Positions 55,592-64,000 of a stretch of DNA of 64,000 nt are shown piece after piece. This stretch comes from a virus (Duplodnaviria > Heunggongvirae > Uroviricota > Caudoviricetes), in the IMG/VR virus record IMGVR_UViG_3300021387_000529, positions 64,001 to 128,000 of that record; one strand, given 5' to 3'. Numbering within the stretch: the first letter of the stretch is position 1; each line of letters starts with the position of its first letter. The notes under the pieces were generated by a model, which saw nothing but the letters and a program-made list of their open reading frames with translations, ran no database searches and had not been told where the DNA came from. Both the position numbers and the translations under genes were made by a program.

Positions 55592-55871
55592 TCTTCTTAA
55601 AATTGTTGGTATATCATTCGCTTACATTTTTTGTGCTGTTGCTTCTTTCTATTGTGGAATGTTCATAACCTATCTTATTCGTGATAAAGAATATTCTTTG
55701 TACAATTTCAAGAAATGGAAAGAAGACAATCCAACTGGCTGCATCTTTGAGGTGATGATTATATCACTTGTATGGCCAGTAACTGTTCCACTTACATTGG
55801 CTGTATTAGCTGTTTGGGGTTCAATCAAACTTTGCAGCTGGCCATTTCAAAAAATATTGTACAGGTTTTAA
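55578..55871 (+). CDS. membrane protein
   Basis: Two transmembrane segments; SL.WP motif. Confidence 0.6.
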   Translation: MIAYSLLKIVGISFAYIFCAVASFYCGMFITYLIRDKEYSLYNFKKWKEDNPTGCIFEVMIISLVWPVTVPLTLAVLAVWGSIKLCSWPFQKILYRF

Positions 55872-55872
55872 T

Positions 55873-56511
55873 ATGAAATCAAATTGGAACGCAAATAAGA
55901 ATTATCTCATGTACTCTGGAGCTGACTTTCTAGGTTTTGTTAAGCCAGTAGTTGGCTTACATGGTTTAGAATACATCGCATGGCTCGCAAAAGATGATCA
56001 AAGAACTTGTATATTGCACAGAAATTCTCTTAAAGAATGCATTGATAAAGTTGAGAGCTTTTTCGCAATGCCAATCAGTGAGCAGCGTTTCATTTTTGAA
56101 GCAAGAAAGAAGGATGACACTAAAGTTGCGCATCTTCTTATTGGTGAGCCAAACTATGGCTGGATTAAAAGATATGACATTCAGCGATTTAGTCCAGATT
56201 ACATAAGATGTGATGTGACATATGATAAAAGCATTATTGTTTGTGATGCATTTACAAAAGTTGTAGATGCTGTAGTACTTTGTCATAGGCTTAGACAGCT
56301 TGGTTTCAGCATCTATGTTCATCATGTGTTCCGTCTTACATTTGATGAGAGCTTTAAGCCAGTGATTGACCCAGATGAATGGAAAAAAATCAACATGTTT
56401 CTTTTGAATGAATATGAAGCCGACAAAATCGACTATGAGCATATTTGTTGTGGAAAAGATGAATATTCATTCCATGATGCTGAAGAACTTTTATATGGAG
56501 AGTTAATCTAA
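55873..56511 (+). CDS. hypothetical protein
   Basis: ORF in a run. Confidence 0.6.
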   Translation: MKSNWNANKNYLMYSGADFLGFVKPVVGLHGLEYIAWLAKDDQRTCILHRNSLKECIDKVESFFAMPISEQRFIFEARKKDDTKVAHLLIGEPNYGWIKRYDIQRFSPDYIRCDVTYDKSIIVCDAFTKVVDAVVLCHRLRQLGFSIYVHHVFRLTFDESFKPVIDPDEWKKINMFLLNEYEADKIDYEHICCGKDEYSFHDAEELLYGELI

Positions 56512-56516
56512 TCATT

Positions 56517-57158
56517 ATGGAAGTAGAAATGAAAGCGAAAATTTCCATGCAGCAGGTTTTTGACTTGTTAGATGGAAAGTTTGAAAAATTTAGAATCTCA
56601 CGTGGTGGTGGCTGGCATGCTATCCACAAAGTTGATGCGTATTACTCATTCGGAGGAATTGCACCAAAAAAACCAAAAGACATTATTCGTGTCCGTTCTG
56701 AAGCTCTAGTTGACCCATCATATCCAGTTGAAGACATCGTTCGGCAGCATTACAATTTTAAGATTGATGAAAACTTCAAGAGTTTCCTCACTGTTAAAGC
56801 AAAAAACACAGAAGCAGATGGAACTGAAGTCAATGAAGAATATGAAGGCGAATTGAACATTGACGCAACTAACGCATTTTTGCGTGCTATGGAAGTCACC
56901 AATTTCAAACAGTGGTTTAGAAAAGTTAAAACTTCAATTTCATTCTATGTTGAAGAAAATTCAACAAACAGAGAAATTCACTGTGAAATTGTTACAGTTA
57001 ATGAGATTGGCCCATTCCTTGAAGTTGAATGTGTTATTGATGACCCGAACGCAGCAAAAGCAGCTTCATCAACAATCAAGAAGTTCTTTAAGACAGCTCT
57101 TGGAATAACTGACTTCGAAAAGAGAGATTGGCCAACAATTATTGAGCAAGGTTCATGA
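56517..57158 (+). CDS. CYTH-domain protein (class IV adenylyl cyclase / triphosphatase fold)
   Basis: MEVEMKAK (ExExK), D.YY, RVR, LT.K, EEYE, K.K, GPFLEVE. Confidence 0.8.
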   Translation: MEVEMKAKISMQQVFDLLDGKFEKFRISRGGGWHAIHKVDAYYSFGGIAPKKPKDIIRVRSEALVDPSYPVEDIVRQHYNFKIDENFKSFLTVKAKNTEADGTEVNEEYEGELNIDATNAFLRAMEVTNFKQWFRKVKTSISFYVEENSTNREIHCEIVTVNEIGPFLEVECVIDDPNAAKAASSTIKKFFKTALGITDFEKRDWPTIIEQGS

Positions 57159-57403
57159 TTATGAGAAGCGGACATACATTGCCTCGGCTCTATACAACAT
57201 TTAGAGCTGAGATGTTCCAAGTTGGCGAGCATGACTTTATTACCATCTATGATGCGGATGATGAGGTTTTGTGCCGACTTGCGAAAGAAAAAGGAATATT
57301 CTTCTGGAAATACCAGATAAAACATATTACAAAGCTTGAGCTCATAAATGAGATTTATGCTTATTTAAAAGAACAAGGAATTCGATATGCAAAAATTCGA
57401 TAG
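57155..57403 (+). CDS. hypothetical protein
   Basis: ATGA coupling. Confidence 0.55.
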   Translation: MIMRSGHTLPRLYTTFRAEMFQVGEHDFITIYDADDEVLCRLAKEKGIFFWKYQIKHITKLELINEIYAYLKEQGIRYAKIR

Positions 57404-57722
57404 TCAGATGATTGACACCATATGCAAAAAATATCCAAGTGTTTTTGGTATGCAGCCAACAAGCTATATCAGTGAAATGGCATGCGAAATTGCATTTCTT
57501 GACTCTTTGGATGAAGATTTCTATTGTAAGCATAAATGTAAAGACGTTTGTGAAATGATGGATAAAATTGAAGACATTGTCGAAGATGACTATAAAAAAT
57601 TCTGTAATGGGCTTTTTGACAGTCATGTTTTCAATTGTGTCAACCAAGATGAATTCGCAGATTTCATGCGTGATAAGTTTGGCTGGCAATTCCATGAAGT
57701 AACAACACTTTATTTTTGGTAG
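57387..57722 (+). CDS. hypothetical protein
   Basis: ORF in a run. Confidence 0.6.
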   Translation: MQKFDSQMIDTICKKYPSVFGMQPTSYISEMACEIAFLDSLDEDFYCKHKCKDVCEMMDKIEDIVEDDYKKFCNGLFDSHVFNCVNQDEFADFMRDKFGWQFHEVTTLYFW

Positions 57723-57734
57723 GAGATTAAAAAG

Positions 57735-58427
57735 ATGGATTGTGCTGTTGTATTCAACTCTAGTATTGTTTCTCTACATGAGTGTGGTGCAGATGTTAAA
57801 CATTATCCTTATGCAATTTACAAAGATTGTGATAATGAACTTCATTTTTGTACAGGCGAAACTATTGTAAGTGATTGGCATTTTATCGCTCGTTGTGACT
57901 CAAAAGAAACTGCAATGCGGTACATGGATTGTCTTGAAAATAAGCCAGGTCCTTGGCACATTTATGAAGACTTAACTAAAAGTCCACATACAACATTTGC
58001 TATGGCTCAACAAGTAGTTGATTGTATTTCGCAGTCTTGCTATATTTTACGTTTTATAGTTTTCGACTATGATGCAGCTAAGGAAATTGTGGACAGACTC
58101 AATACAAATAAGCGTGTATTTTATAATATTGTGTACGATAAATTAACTGTTTTCAAGTGGTTATCAGAGGGAAAAACTATTCTTCGAAGACTATGTCACC
58201 CTGGAATTTCAAACGAAGAAATGGGAAATGAAGGCTGGGAGACTTATGACCCAACAGAAGACTTATTCAGTGAAGACTTTGAATATATGAGAGAAGACGA
58301 GCTTTGGCCAGCAAAAAAGCATATTTCGTTCGATGCTAATTTTAAGACTAAGGAAGAGCTTGAAGAATTTCTTGAAAAAATTGAAGATGTTGCTGTACAA
58401 GGCACTGTAAATGTTTTGAGGATTTAA
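57735..58427 (+). CDS. hypothetical protein
   Basis: AGGAG SD. Confidence 0.65.
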   Translation: MDCAVVFNSSIVSLHECGADVKHYPYAIYKDCDNELHFCTGETIVSDWHFIARCDSKETAMRYMDCLENKPGPWHIYEDLTKSPHTTFAMAQQVVDCISQSCYILRFIVFDYDAAKEIVDRLNTNKRVFYNIVYDKLTVFKWLSEGKTILRRLCHPGISNEEMGNEGWETYDPTEDLFSEDFEYMREDELWPAKKHISFDANFKTKEELEEFLEKIEDVAVQGTVNVLRI

Positions 58428-58505
58428 AAATGGCGCCCGTAATTTTTACATGCATTATGATTGCGATATTAATCTGTTTAATGACATGCTAAAGAGGTAG
58501 TTTTT

Positions 58506-58790
58506 ATGAACTTTGAAGAATGGCTAGAAGCAAATGGATTGGAGACAGGAATAACTATGAGCCCATCCTCAATCATAACTCGAAAAGATGGTAAACCAGC
58601 TTGGAGTAAAAACGGACATGATTTCATTGCATATTCAGATAAGATGATTTATGAAGCTGGTCAGAAAAATGCCTTTACAAAAGAAGAGCTTTCAAGATTG
58701 TTGCTTCATCTTGGTCCAAGAAATATAGACCATCCAAACGAGCATGATAGTCTTGTTGACAAAATAAGAAACTTATTGGAGGAAAAATAA
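58506..58790 (+). CDS. hypothetical protein
   Basis: GAGGT SD. Confidence 0.6.
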   Translation: MNFEEWLEANGLETGITMSPSSIITRKDGKPAWSKNGHDFIAYSDKMIYEAGQKNAFTKEELSRLLLHLGPRNIDHPNEHDSLVDKIRNLLEEK

Positions 58791-58793
58791 ATT

Positions 58794-58997
58794 ATGGAAT
58801 TTTATATTCGCAATACAAAATTGAATGAAATTCAGGAAGAGCCATTCAAGACAAAAGAAGATGCTGAGAAAACTATTGCTGAGTTGAAAGAAATGTTCGG
58901 TGACTATTTTGAGGTTACAACTGAAAAATATGTTGAGCCTGTAAAACCTGAAAGAAAAGAAATTTTCATTCCAAAATCTAAGAAAGAAGACGAATAA
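58794..58997 (+). CDS. hypothetical protein
   Basis: GGAGG SD. Confidence 0.6.
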   Translation: MEFYIRNTKLNEIQEEPFKTKEDAEKTIAELKEMFGDYFEVTTEKYVEPVKPERKEIFIPKSKKEDE

Positions 58998-59045
58998 AAT
59001 AAAATATTCCATTACTGCAATCTTGTAATTGCAAAGGAGAAAATT

Positions 59046-59738
59046 ATGACAGAAAGACACAGAAACTTCACTGGTAAGAGTGACTTTTTTGACTGGTGTA
59101 ACATGCACAATAGACCAGAAGAAGTCATTTCTAAAGCAAAAGTCTATCTTGGTGATGCAAAAATTGAGCTCAAAAAGCCAGAAGACTTAATTCCTTACTA
59201 CACACATTTGGTTGCTTCAGCAGCTTGTAATGGGACATCACAAACAATCAATCTTACACGAAAATCATACATCAACATAGAAGAAGCTGAACATATTGGC
59301 AATCATGTTTACGATGCAATTTATTGGTACAGAAAAGCAAAAAGAGAGAAAGTTCCATTTAACTATGCTTTTGCTCAACGCCAGAAAAACTTTTGGTGTC
59401 CAGAAAAACCTGTTATGGAGTCTATAATCGCAATCATCAATAAAAACCCAAACATTACAAAATTTCATCTTGATAGTGACTACAGAAAAGCACTCGACTT
59501 CATTACTGAGTATATAATTCCACATTATTTCTCTAAAGTTCATGATGCTATGCATACTCGACAGCGAGAAGAGTTTGTAAAATACGCTTCAGAAAATGGA
59601 TATTGTGCATTTTCTTGGAATTTTGAAACTGGTGAAGTTGGCTATCAAAATCAAGGTGAGTGGCATCCAGTTATTCGCGATATGTGTTTCGATATTGCTG
59701 ACTATCATAAAATGGTGAAGGAAGGAAAAATATCATGA
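59046..59738 (+). CDS. hypothetical phage protein
   Basis: F.GK.DF.D and DLIPYY.H motifs; AAGGAG SD. Confidence 0.7.
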   Translation: MTERHRNFTGKSDFFDWCNMHNRPEEVISKAKVYLGDAKIELKKPEDLIPYYTHLVASAACNGTSQTINLTRKSYINIEEAEHIGNHVYDAIYWYRKAKREKVPFNYAFAQRQKNFWCPEKPVMESIIAIINKNPNITKFHLDSDYRKALDFITEYIIPHYFSKVHDAMHTRQREEFVKYASENGYCAFSWNFETGEVGYQNQGEWHPVIRDMCFDIADYHKMVKEGKIS

Positions 59739-60079
59739 TTGGAATGGATTGGTGTTACGCTTGTGCAGAGCATTACTGTGAAAAAACAGTTGACAAACTT
59801 TTTGCATGGATTTTAATCGACAACTTCAGAAGATTTCCAAACTACTACCTTGTTGAAGAAGCAAAAGATGGAAATAGTGCTACGTTGACAATTTTTTTGT
59901 CATATTTTAATGAGCATCCAGTCGCTAAAATTATGCATGACAGTGAAAGGTATTGGTGGCTTGCTGAAATTTTCAGAAACAGTTTAGTTCTTTCTGGAAA
60001 AGGTGATGTTTCGATTGATGACATAACTTGTGATGTTGATGAAACTCAGGTTATCGTAAAATGGAAGAGAGGAAAATAA
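59735..60079 (+). CDS. hypothetical protein
   Basis: ATGA coupling. Confidence 0.6.
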   Translation: MIGMDWCYACAEHYCEKTVDKLFAWILIDNFRRFPNYYLVEEAKDGNSATLTIFLSYFNEHPVAKIMHDSERYWWLAEIFRNSLVLSGKGDVSIDDITCDVDETQVIVKWKRGK

Positions 60080-60651
60080 TGATGGCATTCTTTGATGACT
60101 TAATGGCTATTCCACTTAATGTTGCCGACTTCGAATATGTTCGTAAAACTGCTGATGATTTTAATTCTAATGTATCAGAAATGTTTAAAGACATCGATAA
60201 ACTTTTAGTAAAGCAGAATAAACTACTTCGGTTATTGCTATGCTTGCGCAATCTCAATCTTTTATTTGCAAGCATTTGTTGTGGTTCTGCAATTGCTGTT
60301 TTTGCAACACAGAGCATGGTTTGGCGCATTATCAATATCGTTTCTTGTCTTGTTGTTGTTGTATTTTTTATTATAATTGGATGCACTGACAGCAAACAAA
60401 AATCTGTTGAATATAAACGTGAAAAACTTGAGTATGAAGTCAAACTTCTACAATTAAGAGCTTCACTTATTGTGGCTGAACGAAAAAACTATACATTGAA
60501 CAATGTTTATAGTGACGTGCATAAAGTTATTGACAAGCTTTGTGAAACTCCTGGAATTGAAGAGAAAATTAATCTTATAAAGAAAGAGCTTGGAATAGAC
60601 TTCAGCTATCTTGACAAAGAAATTAAAGAAATGGAGGACCTTATAAAATGA
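60079..60651 (+). CDS. two-transmembrane membrane protein
   Basis: TAATG coupling; two hydrophobic helices. Confidence 0.6.
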   Translation: MMAFFDDLMAIPLNVADFEYVRKTADDFNSNVSEMFKDIDKLLVKQNKLLRLLLCLRNLNLLFASICCGSAIAVFATQSMVWRIINIVSCLVVVVFFIIIGCTDSKQKSVEYKREKLEYEVKLLQLRASLIVAERKNYTLNNVYSDVHKVIDKLCETPGIEEKINLIKKELGIDFSYLDKEIKEMEDLIK

Positions 60652-61199
60652 TACTTGAAAACAGAATATGCAATCTTGAAGGTAAGGTTAAAAAACTCAG
60701 TGGAAGCGTTGAAGAACTCACTAAGCAGGTTCAAGAACTTGTAAGCCGCCTCTCTAAAGAAGAGACTACTGAGACTAAGGTAATAGACCTCCGTGAGATG
60801 ATTTGTCGTATTGTCATCGATGGGATTTATTCTTATTTTTACCAGGCTGTTTATCAAGACTTTGGCGGAAAAGGACACGACACAACTGAGCAAGCAATCT
60901 ACAAAGCAAATGACTTGATTGCACGAGTTGGAATTGTTTCAGTCCAAACAGAAAATTATGATAAAGCATTTATCTATGCTTTAAATCCATATCTTTTAAT
61001 AGACTATGATAAAGGCAAACTTTGGGATTTTCTGTGTGACCGTGTAAAGAACTACCATTATCATATGCTTCTTGCAATTGGAGTATATAAATTTGGCGAT
61101 GGCGATGAAGATGATTTCTATGGAAAATACATGAATATTCTTGCAAGAGAATACTGCGAAAAACAAGATGAAAAACTCCGACAGTTAGAGGACTCATAA
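60648..61199 (+). CDS. hypothetical protein
   Basis: GGAGG SD; N-terminal coiled coil. Confidence 0.65.
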   Translation: MILENRICNLEGKVKKLSGSVEELTKQVQELVSRLSKEETTETKVIDLREMICRIVIDGIYSYFYQAVYQDFGGKGHDTTEQAIYKANDLIARVGIVSVQTENYDKAFIYALNPYLLIDYDKGKLWDFLCDRVKNYHYHMLLAIGVYKFGDGDEDDFYGKYMNILAREYCEKQDEKLRQLEDS

Positions 61200-62470
61200 T
61201 GAAAGCAAATGTTTTTTATATTGATGATAATAAAATAATCTTTAATTTTAGCGCCGACAGAAAAATCTTACGACAACATGTTTTTACTAAAATTGATGGT
61301 GGAAAAAAATACGCAATTATTGTCAATTATTGTTCTGCAACTAAAGAGTATCATGTTTTCGCTAGGCTGAATGACGGCGTAAGATTTCATACGCTTTGGT
61401 CTTGGGACGTTCCTTATGTCTGCAATAGGCAACAATATGAATTTCGTTATGACATTAAAAAAGGAATTCAACCTATTATTGAAGCTTATGATATTGATGC
61501 TGCTGTTGAAACACAAAAAAGAAATACAACTGAGATTTCAGTTGATGGTGGTCATCTTAAAATTACGATTTTCATGAGTCCAAAAAATGCTAAGTATGTA
61601 TATACAGACATTAAGAGACACCACTATGTTTCACCAATGTATTGGGACCGCTGGATTGACTGGTTTGACTGTAAATGCAAAGCATGTGAAGGAAAAGAAC
61701 ATCATTCTTGGCTCAGCAATCCAGATATAGGCTATGTTCGAAATCCAATAACTGGTGGAAATATAAGTTTCAGAACATTTATCTATCGTGACAGCGCTTA
61801 TACACCAATTGATGACAATGAATACGAAACTTTAGTATTCTACAATCGTGACGAATATCAAAGAGATGTTTTAGACTATTATTATCCAGAGCTTGAGTAT
61901 TGTAAATGGTACAGCAGGAAAGAACTTAATGTTAAAATTAAGAACAATCCAAAATGGGCTGATATGTATGTTGGTACAGACACATTTGACTCTCTTTGGA
62001 ATGCTCAAAAGATGTATCGTTTCGTAAATGGCAATCTTCGTGGAAAGGTCTATAAAGAAGGTGAGATTTCTGAAGAAGATAAAAAACTCATGACAGAAAG
62101 CACAATGTCTGAAAAAGTTGTGACATTGGCATATAAGCAATATGAGAAAACTTACATGCCATTTGATGAACTTTGGAAAACTTCTGTTCCACAAGAAGAT
62201 ATTGATGAAAACGCAAATGCATTTGGTGGAGCTTGGAGGCATATTCATAACAAGAAAAATGTTTTGCAAAAAGATGATGCTTATCAGTTTGAGAAAAATG
62301 ACTTTGAAAAAGTTGTGACACTCGGTTATCATCGAACACAAGTTGATGATGCAATTGAGTGCCCAGTTTGCCGTGACTTATATGATATTATGAGAAGCGG
62401 TTATGAAATGGTTCCTTGGTACAAGCGTCTTATTGTGCCATATTATAGATGGAAATATAGGGATAAGTAA
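61199..62470 (+). CDS. hypothetical protein
   Basis: 423 aa ORF; TAATG coupling. Confidence 0.7.
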   Translation: MKANVFYIDDNKIIFNFSADRKILRQHVFTKIDGGKKYAIIVNYCSATKEYHVFARLNDGVRFHTLWSWDVPYVCNRQQYEFRYDIKKGIQPIIEAYDIDAAVETQKRNTTEISVDGGHLKITIFMSPKNAKYVYTDIKRHHYVSPMYWDRWIDWFDCKCKACEGKEHHSWLSNPDIGYVRNPITGGNISFRTFIYRDSAYTPIDDNEYETLVFYNRDEYQRDVLDYYYPELEYCKWYSRKELNVKIKNNPKWADMYVGTDTFDSLWNAQKMYRFVNGNLRGKVYKEGEISEEDKKLMTESTMSEKVVTLAYKQYEKTYMPFDELWKTSVPQEDIDENANAFGGAWRHIHNKKNVLQKDDAYQFEKNDFEKVVTLGYHRTQVDDAIECPVCRDLYDIMRSGYEMVPWYKRLIVPYYRWKYRDK

Positions 62471-62472
62471 AA

Positions 62473-62823
62473 ATGGCTATAATGACTGAAGAAGGCGATA
62501 TTCGAGCGCGTCAAGCTTATATTTCATCATTTGAAGACTTAGAGATGCGAAAAGTCGCTATCAATGGATTTGAACATGGTTTTACGCAAGCCCGAAAATC
62601 TTATAAATGGATTTTTAATGATGACTTTACTATTGGCTATTATGAGCCGATTGAGAGACATGGCTTCGATACATTTTTGATACGAAAAGTTTCAGAACAA
62701 AAATGGGCAGTCATTGTGATGTTTGAAGCTAATCAATATCATTATGAAGTTGTTCATGGAATGGATAAAGCTATGAAAACTTTGGTTAATTTATTTAATG
62801 AGGTTAGGAAGATAAATGGATGA
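62473..62823 (+). CDS. hypothetical protein
   Basis: ORF in a run. Confidence 0.6.
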   Translation: MAIMTEEGDIRARQAYISSFEDLEMRKVAINGFEHGFTQARKSYKWIFNDDFTIGYYEPIERHGFDTFLIRKVSEQKWAVIVMFEANQYHYEVVHGMDKAMKTLVNLFNEVRKING

Positions 62824-63019
62824 TAAACAGCTTACAGTTGCAGACTTGTGCTCACAATTGCAGTCTATTGCGCATGAAGGTTACGCTATTCATGCAATTG
62901 AGCTTTTAGTTGAATGCGATAAATGTTCTTCAGACTTAACGTTAGACAATCCTCGATTAGAAATTTTGAAGTCTGAGAATAATCATTCTGTAAAACTATT
63001 ATTTAGGAATAAGGACTAA
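62816..63019 (+). CDS. hypothetical protein
   Basis: ORF in a run. Confidence 0.55.
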   Translation: MDDKQLTVADLCSQLQSIAHEGYAIHAIELLVECDKCSSDLTLDNPRLEILKSENNHSVKLLFRNKD

Positions 63020-63026
63020 ATTTAAA

Positions 63027-63905
63027 ATGAAACATCCTTTACGCGAAATAAAAAGAGTAATTTCTCAGTGGATAGAACGCAGATATTGGTATGATTTTCG
63101 TGCTTATAAAACTTTTTGGTTCAATGATGAAACTAATAAATATGAAGAACGAAAAGACCGTGGCTATGAAAAGTTGAATATCACTTGGGACGGCGAAAAC
63201 GATATTCTTGGTATAATGCTTATGAAAATTGAGCACATGTACCATAATCTTAAACATTATGGTGTTCAATGTGACTTCTATCTTGACTCACATAATGTTA
63301 TCAAATACGGAAATGAAAAAGACATCAATTGGGCATTCCATGCAGTTATGAATGATAATGACCCATTCAAAGAAGAGAATAAAAAAGATTGGCTTCTTGG
63401 ACAATTTAATTATCTGAATGAAGATGGCTCAAAAGAAAGCCGTTTCATCTATGGCTGGGATAATAATGAGCATTCATTAAAAGTTGTCATGAAATGGGTC
63501 GCAAAAGGCTGCTTTAAATGTTATACATATGATGCAGACGGAAATGAAGTTGAATTTCATGGTGATGTAGTTTCTACTTTTGGAAAAGGCATTGTTGAGA
63601 ATGTATATTCTATCACAGTTCCAGTTACAGAATATAAAGATTTGAGTGATGCGCTCAAACCTCATGTTCGTGGAAACAGAAGAACTTTGACCCAGCTTTT
63701 ACATCTTCGCCATCTTGTAAAAAGATTGTACTGTTTGGAAGATACAGATGACAAATATTTTAACATGTGGAAAGACATTCAAGATAAAGACTTACAGTAT
63801 GAGAAAATGATTGAAGCTGAAAAACTTTATGAAAGTGACAGAAGAAAGCTTTATCTTGAAATTGCTGAATTTATGGCAGAACATGGTAGAGGCTGGTGGG
63901 ATTAA
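63027..63905 (+). CDS. hypothetical phage protein (C-terminal GWWD)
   Basis: 292 aa ORF. Confidence 0.7.
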   Translation: MKHPLREIKRVISQWIERRYWYDFRAYKTFWFNDETNKYEERKDRGYEKLNITWDGENDILGIMLMKIEHMYHNLKHYGVQCDFYLDSHNVIKYGNEKDINWAFHAVMNDNDPFKEENKKDWLLGQFNYLNEDGSKESRFIYGWDNNEHSLKVVMKWVAKGCFKCYTYDADGNEVEFHGDVVSTFGKGIVENVYSITVPVTEYKDLSDALKPHVRGNRRTLTQLLHLRHLVKRLYCLEDTDDKYFNMWKDIQDKDLQYEKMIEAEKLYESDRRKLYLEIAEFMAEHGRGWWD

Positions 63906-63910
63906 AATTT

Positions 63911-63939
63911 TTGAACTTTATATCACTTCTTCATATATT
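63911..63939 (+). promoter_or_regulatory. Class I promoter
   Basis: TTGAAC-N17-TATATT, then GAGGTG SD and ATG at 63962. Confidence 0.8.
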
Positions 63940-64000
63940 ATATATGTAACGAGGTGATTGAATGTCAAAATACAAGTTTACTTGGCAAAAAGAAGAAGAC

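Noticed and set aside
1-64000. CRISPR array, tRNA, rRNA or diversity-generating retroelement
   Set aside because: I saw no regularly spaced repeats, cloverleaf with a T-loop consensus, or reverse transcriptase motif by eye. A tRNAscan/Infernal run would be needed to exclude RNA genes firmly.

Overview
This 64 kb window is AT-rich, densely coding and reads as part of a large lytic, T4-related or jumbo-type phage genome. It carries a gp21-like prohead protease fused to a scaffold, an rIIA-like ATPase, baseplate-hub-like genes, MobE-like HNH endonucleases, nucleotide-metabolism genes and long runs of short hypothetical ORFs. A complete spirochaete-type FlaB flagellin, with its own sigma28 promoter and CsrA-type GGA sites, suggests a Treponema-like host. 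Two promoter classes are visible: TTGAAC-N17-TATATT (11 copies) and ACTAA, which sits exactly 6 nt before the ATG of several genes lacking a Shine-Dalgarno (SD) site. The most unusual observations are: (1) a family A DNA polymerase split into separate genes on opposite strands, with intein-like but apparently non-splicing ends and Gln at the steric-gate position; a split, permuted methyltransferase and a stand-alone C-terminal half of LigA fit the same pattern; (2) a predicted ~63 nt RNA whose two loops are complementary to the leader-hairpin loop and start codon of the adjacent HNH gene; (3) an HNH insertion followed by a replacement 5' end for the gene it disrupted; (4) the phage-borne flagellin; (5) an ~80 bp hairpin element repeated upstream of both protease genes; (6) four radical SAM genes and a divergent ThyX/HD/NDT/kinase cluster. 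I found no tRNA, rRNA or CRISPR array. All functional calls come from motifs recognised by eye, not from database searches.
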